DNA from: Hydrurus foetidus
Lineage: Eukaryota
DNA: 64,000 nt
Direction: 5' to 3'
Assembly: GCA_900617105.1 (NCBI GenBank)
Contig: UYFQ01000382.1
Span: 1-64,000 of the forward strand
Below the pieces are notes generated by a model. The model was given only the letters and a program-made list of their open reading frames with translations, searched no databases and had not been told where the DNA came from. A program made the position numbers and the translations under genes. Every line of letters starts with the position of its first letter. The first letter of the stretch is position 1. Positions 23,802-36,275 of this stretch are shown one piece after another.

Positions 23802-26201
23802 TAGGGCTGGTGGCCGAGGCCGACATTTGTCGGCCACGGCCGAGTGGCCGAGTGGCCGAGTGTTCGGGCCGAGTATGGCGTCGGCCACTCGGCCACTGGG
23901 GCCGACTAGTGTCGGCCAATTGCCTGTCGGCCAGGAGCAGATCGGCCGACAATGATTGGACTTCTGCAGAAAACAGATAACTGATACAACGATCCATAAA
24001 TTAAACAAAATACCTTCACTGTCCTTTGCACTTGTAATTTTAGTCGACTGCCTTATCCTAAGGGGCTTTGAGTCACCAGACGCGCTTTCCTGTGATCAGT
24101 ATGCCAGGGTTGAGCTTTGACGGCATAAGCTATTCTTAATTTCATGACAAAAATATGCGATAGTAGTTGTCGTGGCAACAGCTACAATTTAAAATCTATA
24201 GTTGATAAATGTAAAACTTGGGCTTAGAATGCGCCCATACAAGTTTTAAGTATGGTTGCATCACGAGTCAAGGCAACTTTGGAAGTTGAGATAAAGGACC
24301 AACACTTCGCACTTATCTGCGATCATTGGACGTCAATTGCAGGGACATCCTATCTAGCTGTGACGATTCATTACATAGATGACGACTGGAATTTAGTGTC
24401 CTTCACGCTGAGTTGCAAGGAGCACACTGGGAGCTCTAGGGCAGATGATGTTTTACGTGTTCTCCGAGAAGCTTGGGTAGCCTACAATCTGGACACAAAG
24501 AATCTCGTGGGTGTTGTAACTGATACTGCACCTGTCATGGGAGCCTTCGGGAGGAAGCTACCTGACAATGTACCTCACTTGTACTGCGTTGATCATGTAC
24601 TAGAATTAACAACGGTGAGTCAGTCGAATAGTCTTTTCAAACTCTTCGATCAATTATTTTGAAAACACCGTGACGAAAAGAATGTTGTTAAATCAGGGAC
24701 TGGCATTCAATGTACGAGGTACAGTCGATCTTATGGCGCGTGCAAGAGGGTTGGTTGGTCATTTCAGCTCGAGTTCTCAAGCGAGAGAGGCCTTAGCAAA
24801 TGTGCAACGCCGAGGATCAGGCAGCCAACCTCTTGGAGTTATGCAAGACGTACGTACTCGATGGTGGTCAACGTGGAAAATGATGCAACGGTTACGCGTG
24901 CTGAAACATTACTTCAGTATACTGGTTGAGGATGGTGTTCTAGATCCCGAGATAAACTTGACGAAAACGGAATGGGATATACTGGAGGAAATTGAGGAAG
25001 TGCTGGGGCCATTTATGCTAGTGCAACGTGTCTTAGAGGGGCCAGAAATATGTCACGCTATCATTCGTGGCATTTGTCATCAATACGATCAGGAAAAATG
25101 TGCAAGAGATGATTTTGAAATCGAGATCCGATGAGGTCAAAGAACTGTGTAGAGAGATGTTGGAGCACTCTGTCAATTGAATGAGCACATACTGGGGTAG
25201 CGGTGAGAAAGACACTTGCTTCGACGAGAACAACTCGTTAGGGAGAGGGATGAGACAAAAGGTATCCCATACAATACTCTACTCTCTCAGGCATTGGATC
25301 CTAGGTCCAAAAACTTGCGTGGTATCGGCAGCACCGACAAGAATAAGATTTGGGATGAAATACGAATGCGCATGAGAAAACTGTACGAAGCAAAATTTCC
25401 AGTTATGAGAGATGTGAACGAAGTAAATGATGAAGAGATAGCAGTTCCAGTGAAGAGTGCAATTTCCGAACTCTTCAGAGGTATAGGGGAGGATAGTGAT
25501 GATGAGTGCGCTGATGAGAGAGAAAAGTTAGGAAACAATGTGGACGACATTATTAACGTCGAAATTGATTATTATAAAGGTTTGAAGAACATGGACTTAA
25601 CGGAAGAGAGGAAGAATGACGATGAACAGGAGACATTTTCGAACCCTCTTATATGGTGGAAGACACACAGCAAAATGTTGCCTCTTCTCAGCACACTCGC
25701 CCGTCGCATACTCTGTATTCCTGCAACTTTGGCACCTTCTGAGAGGGTATTCTCATCCGCTGGATTGACGATAGCTAAATGCCGTGCCTCTCTGCAACCA
25801 CAGCACGCTTCAGAGCTCATTTTTCTGCATGACTCTTGGCCTTTCGCAGAAAAATGTGAAAACAATCGGATTAAAAGCAAATTTTAAAAGAGTGTGAATT
25901 ATCGTTTCGTTTCGCATATGTATAACTGTCGTGTCATCGAATATCTATAAATGTAACCGTTACTAAATATCTATCCTTTTTTGAGTTCTTCTGAAGGTGA
26001 TAGTAGGAGTGCTGGCCGGCAGCGGTGGCCGACTACGAAGACATCTAATTGGCCGACTTTCGATGGCCGACTTTCGATGGCCGACATCGATGGCCGATGG
26101 CCGACTTTCGGTGGCCGACTTTCGATGGCTGATGGCCGACAATATCGCCATTGGCCGACTGGCCGGGCCGAAGTGAGATATGACCCCGGCCACCAGCCCT
26201 A
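23802..26201 (+). mobile_element. hAT DNA transposon (2.4 kb)
   Basis: 15-bp TIR TAGGGCTGGTGGCCG, dense subterminal GGCCGA repeats at both ends, internal hAT transposase; 8-bp TSD not conserved. Confidence 0.9.
24252..25887 (+). pseudogene. hAT transposase with one intron (24615-24696), frameshifted
   Basis: DHWTS, VTDTA, CVDHVLEL, TRWWST, and dimerisation domain WWK...LARRILCIPAT...SERVFS; the GTGAGT...CAG intron joins the first two ORFs in frame. Confidence 0.9.
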
Positions 26202-26515
26202 CAATTTTGGATAGCGTGCCGTAATATTCGTCCATATCAAAATATACTTTCATCTAAAAAGATGTTTATTTTATGTAAGACTCCATTTTACATCGCGCAT
26301 TTCATCGTCAACATCACAATTTAAACATGGAACAATGGATAAAGGATAATGTCCCTTCGTTAACTGATCTCCTGAAACGTTGTCGAGCTAGAAGGAAGCT
26401 TAATGCCGAAAGTGATGCTACCAGCGATGTTGAGAAGGCTGGGGAAGTAGATGATGAAGGAGAAGAAGTCGATGAAGATGGTGAAAAGGAAGCAAAGCAG
26501 CCCACAAAAAGTGCA

Positions 26516-27515
26516 TATCTGGCGAAACGGGCGAGACCAGAGTGTCTTACCGCTGTTGCGTACCTGGCCACGCGGGTAACGAAGTGCACCGTGGACGACA
26601 CCGAGAAGCTGAAGCGGGTGGTGCAATATATTGAGTACACTAGAGAACGTGGGGTGATCCTTAGACCGGGGAAACTGGGGGTGTGCGTACGGTTGTACGT
26701 GGATGCGGCATACGGAGTGCACGGTGACGGCAAGTCACACACAGGGAGCTGTGTCGTGATAGGGGACGTTGGAGCTGTTCACTGCAAGTCGTGCAAGCAG
26801 AGCATTGTGACCAAATCGAGCACGGAAGCGGAGCTGATAGCCCTATCGGACTCAGCGAATCAAGGACTATATATCCGGAATTTCCTCCTGGCGCAGGGAC
26901 ATGCGGTGTAACCGATTACTGTGTACCATACATCGTGCATGGCTCTCATGGAGAGAGGCAGATCGGGTGCAGAGAGGACACGGCATATCTCTATCAGATA
27001 CTTCTGGTTGCGAGAGCGGATGGAAATGAAGGAAGTGACTGTGGTGCACAAAGGAACAAAGGAGATGTACGCGAACGTACTTACCAAGCCGTCACAAGGG
27101 TCTCAATTCGTCTATGAGAGAGGATGCCTAACGGGATGGATGTGAAACGGTATATTACTTAAACTTAATAATGCGTGAATATACCGATGATGTGTGATAC
27201 ATACTGTTTGTGTGAGATAACACCAGTCCTAGGGGTGTGTTGGATATTGCGTGTGTAAGGCTGGCGTTAGTAGAGAGGTGTACTTACATACGTTACTTTC
27301 AAGCATAAAAGTAACGCACTACACTTTGAATGTGTGACTCGATATGCGTATATATATAAGTTAGTTAGTGTTGCGAAGAGTAAGCTTCGTGCACGGTGAA
27401 CAGGGACGCCGCGCACAAGTTTTAATAACAAGTACTTGACTGTCACTCAGTTATTTTACGAGCCTCAGAACGTTCCTGTACGCCTCACAGCAACGCGAAC
27501 CGTGGATTTCTGACA
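26516..27515 (+). mobile_element. 5'-truncated Copia element C (RT C-terminus, RNase H, PPT, 3' LTR ~27238-27515)
   Basis: YLAKRARPE, YVDAAYG, KSSTEAEL, HISIRYFW, ANVLTKP; PPT aggggtg followed by TGTTGGATAT as in Copia A; LTR end tctgaca is tentative. Confidence 0.85.
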
Positions 27516-27835
27516 TTATTTACCGATCGATCACGTAACTACTGGAATTTTTGTGAGCAGGACTTTGTGTCAGGAATTCGGACCTAAGGCCATTCCTTAT
27601 GACGCACACAAAACATTTTTTACGTTTTCCTTTTTTTGTAGGGAAGAACATTTTTTTGGCGACAAATTTGGGTTGACCTTATGACGTTTACACGTTTTAT
27701 TTTGATTATTTGTATGTAACAAGCCTTATGACGTTTTCACGAAAAAAAAATTTGGTATCATATTCTGATCGATGATAAATTTGAGGTATCTTTACAATCT
27801 TTCATTGCATATTTCCATTATTCACATCCTTTGCA

Positions 27836-29230
27836 ATGGATTCTAGCGATGATGATATCGAGAAATTTACTGGAGACATCGGTCGCAATATGGCTGCCTT
27901 TATGCGAAGAAAGAAATCCCGTGGAGACGATGTTGAGGAACATCCTCTCATTAGAGGAATAAATAAAGTTGATGAACCAGTATATAAATTCCGGAGATGG
28001 GAAGGTCGTCCACCATATGAAATGTCTTGTTGGGGTCGTATGTTGGCGTACCCTAGAACGCAAGATCCTACCGATCGCAAGGGCGGTGTTCTATTCAGAA
28101 CACGTTTTCGTGTACCCTTCCCCTTGTATGAGAGGTTGGTAGAAATGACTCGAGGTAATGGTTGGTTCAGTGAAAAAAATAATGCTGCGGGGCAAAAGTG
28201 TGCCCCCTTGGAACTGAAGATTCTTGGAGTACTTCGAGTTCTCGGGAGTAGATTCTGCTTCGATGGGATAGAGGAACTCTCTTATATAAGTGCGGAGGTC
28301 AACAGAGTATTCTTCCACAAATGGTGCAATCACTTTGCCCACAAATATTTTTCTATCTATTGCAATCCTCCTGAGACACCAGAGGAGATTGCGAAAATAC
28401 TGGCTGTATATGATAGGCTAGGATTTCCGGGTTGCATTGGTAGTACCGACTGTGTTCACATCAAGTGGGAACGTGATTGTGTTCGACACAAGGGTAAAGA
28501 AGGTTTTCCCACTCTCTCTTATGAAGTAACTTGTGATCATACTTCTAAAATTATTGCAGTAACGCATGGTTTTCCTGGTACAAGAAGTGATCGCACTATA
28601 GTAAGATTCGATGGTTTCGTAAGTGACATTCATGATGGATTAAAATATGGGGATGTTAAATATAAAATGAATACAAGGGACGGTGTGGAATATGAAGAAG
28701 AAGGAGCTTGGCTATTAGTTGATGGCGGCTATCACAAGTGGAGGTGCCTTCAATGTCCTCTAAAACATTCAGCTATTCCCAGAGAGTCACTATGGAGTGA
28801 ATGGGCAGAGACAGTTCGTAAGGATGTAGAGTGTGTCTTTGGTGTCTGAAAAGGTAGATTCCGTTGTCTAAAATTACCTATATATTATCATGATAAAGTT
28901 ACTATTGATAATATGTTTTACTGTTGTTGTATATTGCATAATATTCTATTACATTTCGACGGTTTAGATGTTAGATGGGAAGAGAACGTAAATCATATAG
29001 GACTTGATGGTGATCATGCTCATGAAGATATGATTATATTCAGGCAACATTTAAGTAGAGTACGTAATTTGACACCACTTACTGATTATACTCTTATGGG
29101 CGCAGTTGCAGTGGAGGATCGTTTTAGAATTGTACATGGAGAATGTGATACTGAATATGAATCATCTTACACAACATTACAAAAAAAACTTGTAGATCAC
29201 AACATAAGTTTTTTGAAGGCAAGGTTTTAA
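27836..29230 (+). pseudogene. Harbinger DDE transposase with one in-frame TGA at 28847
   Basis: FRTRFRVP, GFPGCIGSTDCVH, GTRSDRT, LVDGGY, RKDVECVFGV*KGRF, CCILHN. Confidence 0.92.
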
Positions 29231-29454
29231 ATTTTACCAGCATTATCCCTGTAAATAGAAGGATTTATTCAAGCATTGCAACATCAACGGACTTTTAGAA
29301 AACAAAGATATGTCAAAACCAAAAAAAAATATGAAAATAGGTTAGTGATATTTAGTATTTATTTCCTCTTCCTCTTGAGCTTATTATCCTTTTCATACGA
29401 TGCGTAAATGTCCAACTGCTCTTCCTCTTCTTCAGTCAACTTCTTCGTACTATT

Positions 29455-31922
29455 CTATTTCCCTAATTCTTGTTGTGATCTTGTTACTGAACGATTGTTC
29501 GGTTTCGTATTTCTGGTCAGGAAAGGAGCTCTGCTGTTGACATCTTTACTGTTCGCTGTAGGTAACCCTATTTCCCCTTCCAAATCAGTAAGCTGCGAAT
29601 CCTCCATGACTGTGTTCTCATTCTCATCAGAAGATGCAATGCTTTGTTTGAAGTATGCTATATCGGCTGAAGTCTCGGCTAAGATTCTATCTTCGGCCTC
29701 GGATTGAGTTTCATCCATACGGTTTTCAATGGTGAATAAATTGGTCTGGCTTTCCTCCTCTATCCCATTACTCTGACTTTGTTTAGTGTGGTTGATGATG
29801 GCAGTGTTGAATGGATCGGATTGGCTTTCAGTGGCTTGGGTGGTAGATGATACTGTCTGACTTTCGTCTTCATCCGATGCGTTATTCCGTGATATGTAAT
29901 CTTGATAATGGAAGCTCTTTGTTGAGCTTGTGGAGTCGATATGGTTCGTTGTTTTGGTACGGTTGGTTGGAGTGTTTTCCACATATACTCTGGTATCTTT
30001 AGCTTTAATCGTCTTGACTTGACTGGACTTGCTTGAGTTGTTGGAGTTTGGACGGTTGGTTGGAGTGTTTCCCTCATATACTCTGGTATCTTTAGCTTTA
30101 ATCGTCTTGACTTGACTGGACTTGGTTGAGTTGGTACGGCCAGTAGGAACGTCCTTGGATTTATTAGTCTTGACTTGACTTGAATAGCTGGAGTTGGTGG
30201 AGTTGGGAGGAACGTATTCCTTAAACATTCTTGGTGGATAAGAGGTAGTGGACCTGGAACGATTTCCTTTGCTCTCTTCCTCTTGCATTCTAGGATTCCT
30301 CCTGTTTCCTTTCAATGATACTGAACTTCCAGTCGTGGAATCAACAACAGGGTTTGTTGTGTTGTCTTCATCGGGTTCTACTCCAGAATCAGAATCAGAA
30401 TATAATCCTTTTCCACGGTTGCCGTCATCTTCTTCCTCGCTTCTCGTCCCATCAGAAGATTGATCGTCTCCTTGATTGTTATCTGAAGATTCGTTGTCCT
30501 CATTATCACTTTCATTATCTGCATCTTTCACCTCCTCGTCAGATACATCCGAATTCCATTTTTCAATAATTCCAGGTAGTAAGCGCCGCTGATTTCTTCT
30601 GTTGTCCTGAGAAGTAGTAGTAGTCTCGATGCTACTCTTTGTGACATCACTAACAATTTCCCTTGTCTCATCTTCGTCGGAAGAAGTATCACAAAGATTC
30701 GTGACCACCAACTCTTGACCTTGCTTTACAAAAGCATGGATGGTTTCCATGCATACCTCTTTCTTGACTGGATCAGTCTCCATGTTCATCAAGAACTTGA
30801 GCTCTTCAAATCGCTGCATAAATTGATTAAATAAGATGGAGTTGCTTGATGTTTAGATGTACTCAATTAGTCAGCACTGATGACTTACACTGTTTCTCTT
30901 CTTGAGTTCAACAGCTTCCCGAGATACTTCCACTTGACGGTTCAAGACTTTCCGGTCCTTCTTGTTGATCAGTTCTGTTTTCGTAGGTTCCTTCAAATCT
31001 TCATTGACTTTGGTGATTTCAGAAACTCTTTTTCTAGCCCTCTGCATCTTCCTCTGATCTGCTTTTGAAGGGTGGGGGGGTCCTGATGGGGGTTGCCCAT
31101 CAGGACCCAAATGTTTCACATACCGTCGAGTGCCATATGTTTTGTTTTGAAAAAAAAGATTTCGGCAAATTGCCTTTTTCCGCTCTGAAAATCACTGTTT
31201 TTTTGGGACAAATTACCGAAATTCTTGCAAATTTCACTGATTTCCGATAAAAGATGTTTCACGGAAAAAGCTATCTCAATCAGGAAGCAATTTCATGCTT
31301 ATCTGCTGTCATATTCGAATTCTTCGTAGTTTTTTTAGTCGAATGCCTCCTTCAGATATTTTTTGAAGCTCCTGCAGATTGAGAAATTTGACGCCGGCGG
31401 TACCATGACTGAAACTTTCACTGCGATTTACACCATGATGCGCTTCACGGAGACCTAATGACTTCATATATCGAAAGGCTCGGAATTACCTCAGCTTTCT
31501 CAATTTTGAACCAAACACCACTTTGAAATGCAGTTGGCTCCGTAACTGCCAAAAATAGGGTCAAAATGGTGATTTTGGTGGAAAACGGAAAACAAAACAT
31601 ATGGCACTCGACGGTATATCAACGTGATATTATTGTTGACGTATTTCTTAATGGCGACGTATTTCCTCCAGAGGGTAGCTCCAGTGTGAAAATCCTTGTC
31701 ACCGCAGGTAGCATCAAGATGTCGCGATGAACGAAGGAATGTATTTTCTGGCGCATCGAGATTATGCCTTCTTTTCAGAACATGATATTTAAATTGGGTA
31801 ACCATCGCGGTATTGATGTCCTCTCCATGCATTTCATGACCAGGAACAGACAGACCAGCACGAGCTATGAGCACGTTCTGTTGGGACTTCACTTCATGCA
31901 ACAGTTCTGAACTGGGAGGCAT
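29455..31922 (-). pseudogene. Harbinger ORF2 (accessory, putative DNA-binding protein), interrupted
   Basis: Lies opposite the transposase inside the TIRs; removing the 31123-31614 MITE fuses NNITLIY-VKHLGPDGQPPSG in frame; acidic, low-complexity C-terminus with internal SSQVKT repeats. Confidence 0.7.
31123..31614. mobile_element. Tc1/mariner-type MITE (492 bp) inserted in Harbinger ORF2
   Basis: Perfect 26-bp TIR ccgtcgagtgccatatgttttgtttt, TA TSD; removing it restores the ORF. Confidence 0.93.
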
Positions 31923-32168
31923 TTTGAATGAAGCTAATAATTTATGTATTGGGCGTCATTGGAAATCATCGTTCACACAAAAAGTGCTGTTTCTGTGTAA
32001 TCTTCTCTAAAAAATGTCGCTTGCATTTTTTATTTTGTCGTTTTTTAGCGTCATAAGGCCATGTCGCCGGCGACATTTACAAAAAAAGGATCCAAAAAAT
32101 GTAAAATACGTGCGTCATAAGGACTAGCCTAAGACCGGAACGGAACTTGTTGGAAACAGAATTGCTTA

Positions 32169-32275
32169 GGCCACAATTCACGGGAACGATAAAGGTCTCC
32201 GATAAAATTTTACGATAAAATTATTTTATCGTAAAATTTTATCGGAGACCTTTATCGTTCCCGTGAATTGTGGCC
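32169..32275. mobile_element. 107-bp fully palindromic Tourist-like MITE
   Basis: 52-bp perfect arms (ggccacaattcacggg...) around a 3-nt loop; TTA TSD at 32166-32168 and 32276-32278. Confidence 0.9.
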
Positions 32276-33451
32276 TTAATAGGTTTACTGGTAATGAATC
32301 GTGTGAGGTGTGTATGAATGAATGCATGCAATGATGTTGTGACTTGTGGAAGCTTAGATGTGAAATGTTGTGACTTCAATATTGAGGTTGTTGGAACTTC
32401 AATGTCGAGAAGTTGGAACTTCAACGTGTTGGATGGTTGTACAGTGTATGTGTACACAAAACAATGACATGCGCCGGTAAGCTACATGCTGTAGTGTGTG
32501 TAGCTTAAGTGAAAAAGGATAATTGAAATCAATGAAAAGACATTATGAGGATATAAATACTAAGCCGACGGAATAACACAAAATATAGCTCTATAAATTG
32601 TATTTTGATATATGAGCACAAATATTGTATGCACATCTCTACAGGTGAAGTCAGACAAAGCGAAATATACACCATATAGAATGCTGTACTTATTTTTTCA
32701 TTATCAAGCACTATAAACGTCACTTTCTCGCGTGCAGGAGCATGAAAGTGTCGGCCAAGTCAACGGATGTGTCGTCATCTTCTTCTGTCTTCGCTGTTAC
32801 TAGTATGCACCTCAAAGAAAAGAAAAAAGGGAAAAATGTTACGCCACATTTTTACTTTATTCATATCACAGCCTTCATCTTCTTCATTTTTTCGTTTAAA
32901 ATTCTTTCAGTCCTCGACTGAACAGGTGCTTGTGTAGGGTAAGGAAGACATGTGTGAGTAATTTCAGAAATAATGTAATGTTGGCATTACAGGTGCAACT
33001 GAAAAGCAACACATATCTTTTAATCGCTTTTTTATTTGATCTTCAAAAATGCATTTAGCGGTATCTGTGTTACTTTTCATTTTTTTTTGTTTCTTCATTG
33101 TATTTTAATTACAATGCTTGTACAGTCTATTCTATCGAATTATGCAATAAATGATTTATTAATCGTAAGATGTAAGGGAACGTACATACTGTACACCGCA
33201 CCCATGTCGACTCAATTTATCTTATGCGAGAGTTTCTTTAACAACGTAATTTTCAGCGATATTCGACGGTGATGCTGTATTCCATTTTGATTTGATGTAA
33301 TGTTGACTTTTAAAATGAAAAATATAAGTATAAAATAGCAAATATGATGATAAAAGTTATCTCGAGAATGTGAACTTCACGTTATTTTTTTCGTACGCCA
33401 TAATCAATAATAACTATGATACCATCGATTATTTGTCACATCAGTCAAGTA

Positions 33452-33748
33452 AAGACTTGAAATCGACAACCTGAAGAAAATTATGACGAGAGGAATTTAC
33501 AATCCTACATGTACTACCCATCCCCAAATAAGAAAAAAACTACAGATTAGTATGATGCATTGCGGTGCGCAACAAACCGTGTGATGATGATCACCGATTA
33601 AGACTTGAAATCGACAACCTGAAGAAAATTATGACGAGAGGAATTTACAATCCTACATGTACTACCCATCCCCAAATAAGAAAAAAACTACAGATTAGTA
33701 TGATGCATTGCGGTGCGCAACAAACCGTGTGATGATGATCACCGATTA
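33452..33748. repeat. Exact 148-bp tandem duplication
   Basis: agacttgaaatcgacaacc...gatcaccgatta starts at 33453 and again at 33601. Confidence 0.95.
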
Positions 33749-35819
33749 TACTTCAATTTTCGGAAGTAATTTTGCGTCTATAAACGAATCCACATCGGGG
33801 AATGGCACGTCATACTTCCTGCTCATATATTGTATCCTCTGAATTTGATCGAAATCCATCGCTACAGCTGTCTTTAATCGACCTAGGTAATATGATATTG
33901 AACGTTATTGACCATTTTTACCAATTAAAGTATTTTTAATCGGTAGTATTAATCAAAATCGTTAATTCAAATAATGATTGAAATCACAAATCATAGCGAT
34001 AAATTTGGAGGATAAACTTGCGACTAATATCTGCTAACAGTTTGCCACAAACATAAACGAATATAAATCTAAAAAATACGAAACATAATAAAATTCAAAA
34101 TGAGAAGGGTATATGAAACCATCAATAAATTTCAAAATCTGACGAAAGAATAAAACAAAAATGAAGTGCGAAGTAAATTGCATTGAATTCGAGTGGATCG
34201 AACCTGAGGCCCTGGAGATGGATGCCGCTACTCGGAACACTTGCGAAGCAGCTATTCCGACCAGAGTGGAGCAATGGGACAAAAAATACAAATCTGTCAT
34301 CTACAAAATACAAAATGCAAAGTACAACAAAAACCATCAAATGATCACTATGTGCCCCCAATAGAATGACACTCAAAATTTGTGTGCTGGGAATTTTAAT
34401 TCCGAATCATCACTTACAAGCAAAAATTCGATACTAATAAAAGCAGGATTTGCAGCAAATATATGTGATTTTATTATAAAGGTTGGAAAATTAGAACCAA
34501 TAGCAGAGGTCATTACTTACTATTTCTAGTGTGGCATTGTACGCGATTGCCCGATTTTCCGTATTAGTTAGATCATTTGCCATTCCTGACAAAAAATAGA
34601 TGATAGGATTAGTTTATGTGATTTAGAAATGCAAGATATGTATGACAATAATAAATCATGTAAACGGCTTATACACTTATGGAAAACCAATGCTCAAAAT
34701 ATTCAAACATTTCCGATCTGATATAGCTGCTTTATTAAAAAATAAATTGAAGCTATCAACTCATTAAATACAATATGGAATCAATACGGCAGTTCTTCCG
34801 AAGGATAACATTCTTCAAAAATGGAATAGAATGATTGCACGTATTTGCATGCCTAATATGACAAATGATTTAGTTTGTTCAAAAATGGTATCAAACTTTC
34901 TTCAATTACCTTTCGAAGACGAGTTCTGACTGACACCTTCTGAGAAGCACAAAAATCCTAACTTCTTCGAAACTGACAAAACCTTCCTATCATCACTCGC
35001 GACATACACAGCTAAGTGACCGCTAGTTCTGTTCATAGTCACTGCTCCTATTCTATCCGAAGTATTCGTTGTTGCTGATGAATTGTGATGATTCATTTTT
35101 CCCAGACATGTTACTTTATCAATGCATTCCGGGGACTTATAGATTGTCATTATCTCTGAGGATAAAGTGTGATCCCTGAATCCATCAGAACTTTTATCTC
35201 CGTGACGTACGTGCAAACCAGCAGTCGGAAGGTTGAATTGGAAACCGTACCCATCAATTTCTTTCAGGTATTCTATTTTCTGCTGTATGTGCTTCTCAAC
35301 CGATGGCTGTACTCGGAACATTCTCGACTGTACGATTCCCCACCACCAATTGAGTCCTAGAGAAGCAAATTCTTGCGGGACCAGTGATACATTGAATTCT
35401 GCATTAAATCGGACAGGATCAGACTCAACAAACACACCACCAGCCAGTATTTCGTCCTCGCAGCTACTCATCGGCAATAGCACGCAGGAGTAGCTGTGTT
35501 TGACATGGGTGCATTCCTCCGTAGTCGTGTATCCATGTATCGTTCCTCGAACTACAACAGGAATTGTGTAATCAAAAGCTGCTGCAGCTCTGATCCAGTT
35601 TGATGCGGCCATCTGAAACTGAGAAGCAAAGCCGCCTCCGAAGCCGATATAAGCAACTGAGTAGCGTGTACCGTTACATCCTCCTGCTGGTTGCAGAAGT
35701 TTATCCAGAAAATCGAACGCTCTCTTCGTATCGGAAGGTAACTCTGACGACGGCAAAGAACTTATTGTCGATTGCATCCCGAATGCGATTACGATGATGA
35801 CGAGCTCGAGCAATTTCAT
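33746..35819 (-). CDS. GT23 family (alpha-1,6-fucosyltransferase/FUT8-like) glycosyltransferase, 4 exons
   Basis: N-terminal hydrophobic signal or anchor; GGGFASQ, GLHVRHGDK, VYVASDD, DLYFLSHCSTLVG...SQVFRVA motifs; GT-AG introns join exons ~35819-34909, ~34586-34521, ~34300-34205 and ~33882-33746. Confidence 0.85.
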
Positions 35820-36033
35820 GACTGACAGTCAACCGACTGCTGCAAAGTTGATTTTTCGCAACGTCTACTGACTACCACGACCTTCACAACTCGGTGCTCC
35901 AAGAGTTATGAATATTGCTCATAGCTCTGTCAGTTAAGAGTTCAGATTCGATTGCGTCCCAGCAAGAAGGCAGCTACAGTACCGGCGGAATAGAATCAAC
36001 TTCTGCCAAAACGCCGAAACCTCCGTATGGGGA

Positions 36034-36127
36034 CAAAGTTCCAGATCGAGATCCAAGATCCGATGGCAAGGTTCCAGACCGAGATCCAAGATCCGATGGC
36101 AAGGTTCCAGACCGAGATCCAAGATCC
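36034..36127. repeat. 33-bp tandem repeat (~2.8 copies) in a divergent intergenic region
   Basis: gttccagaYcgagatccaagatccgatggcaag at 36038, 36071 and 36104. Confidence 0.9.
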
Positions 36128-36275
36128 ATTCTTGAAGTGAGTATCTCTCTCGTCACCTTATAAATTACTCACTGCTGCAATTACTCATACAAAGGCTTCT
36201 GTTAGTCACTCTCATTCAGGGATTAAATCGATCCCAGGTAGCACAACTCCACGAAGTCAGGCTAGCTGAGCATAA

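Larger units (their letters stand above)
27588..32129 (+). mobile_element. PIF/Harbinger DNA transposon with two convergent ORFs
   Basis: 20-bp TIR ggccattccttatgacgcac (2 mismatches), TAA TSD (27585-27587, 32130-32132), subterminal ccttatgacg repeats. Confidence 0.93.

Noticed and set aside
6657..28849. UGA reassigned to Trp (TGA at a conserved Trp in Copia RT and possibly in the Harbinger transposase)
   Set aside because: Long Trp-containing ORFs read through without any TGA, and LETM1 appears to stop at TGA; point mutation is simpler
35915..36163. 82-aa ORF with DGKVPDRDPRS repeats
   Set aside because: Non-ATG start; kept open by the 33-bp repeat in a short divergent promoter region
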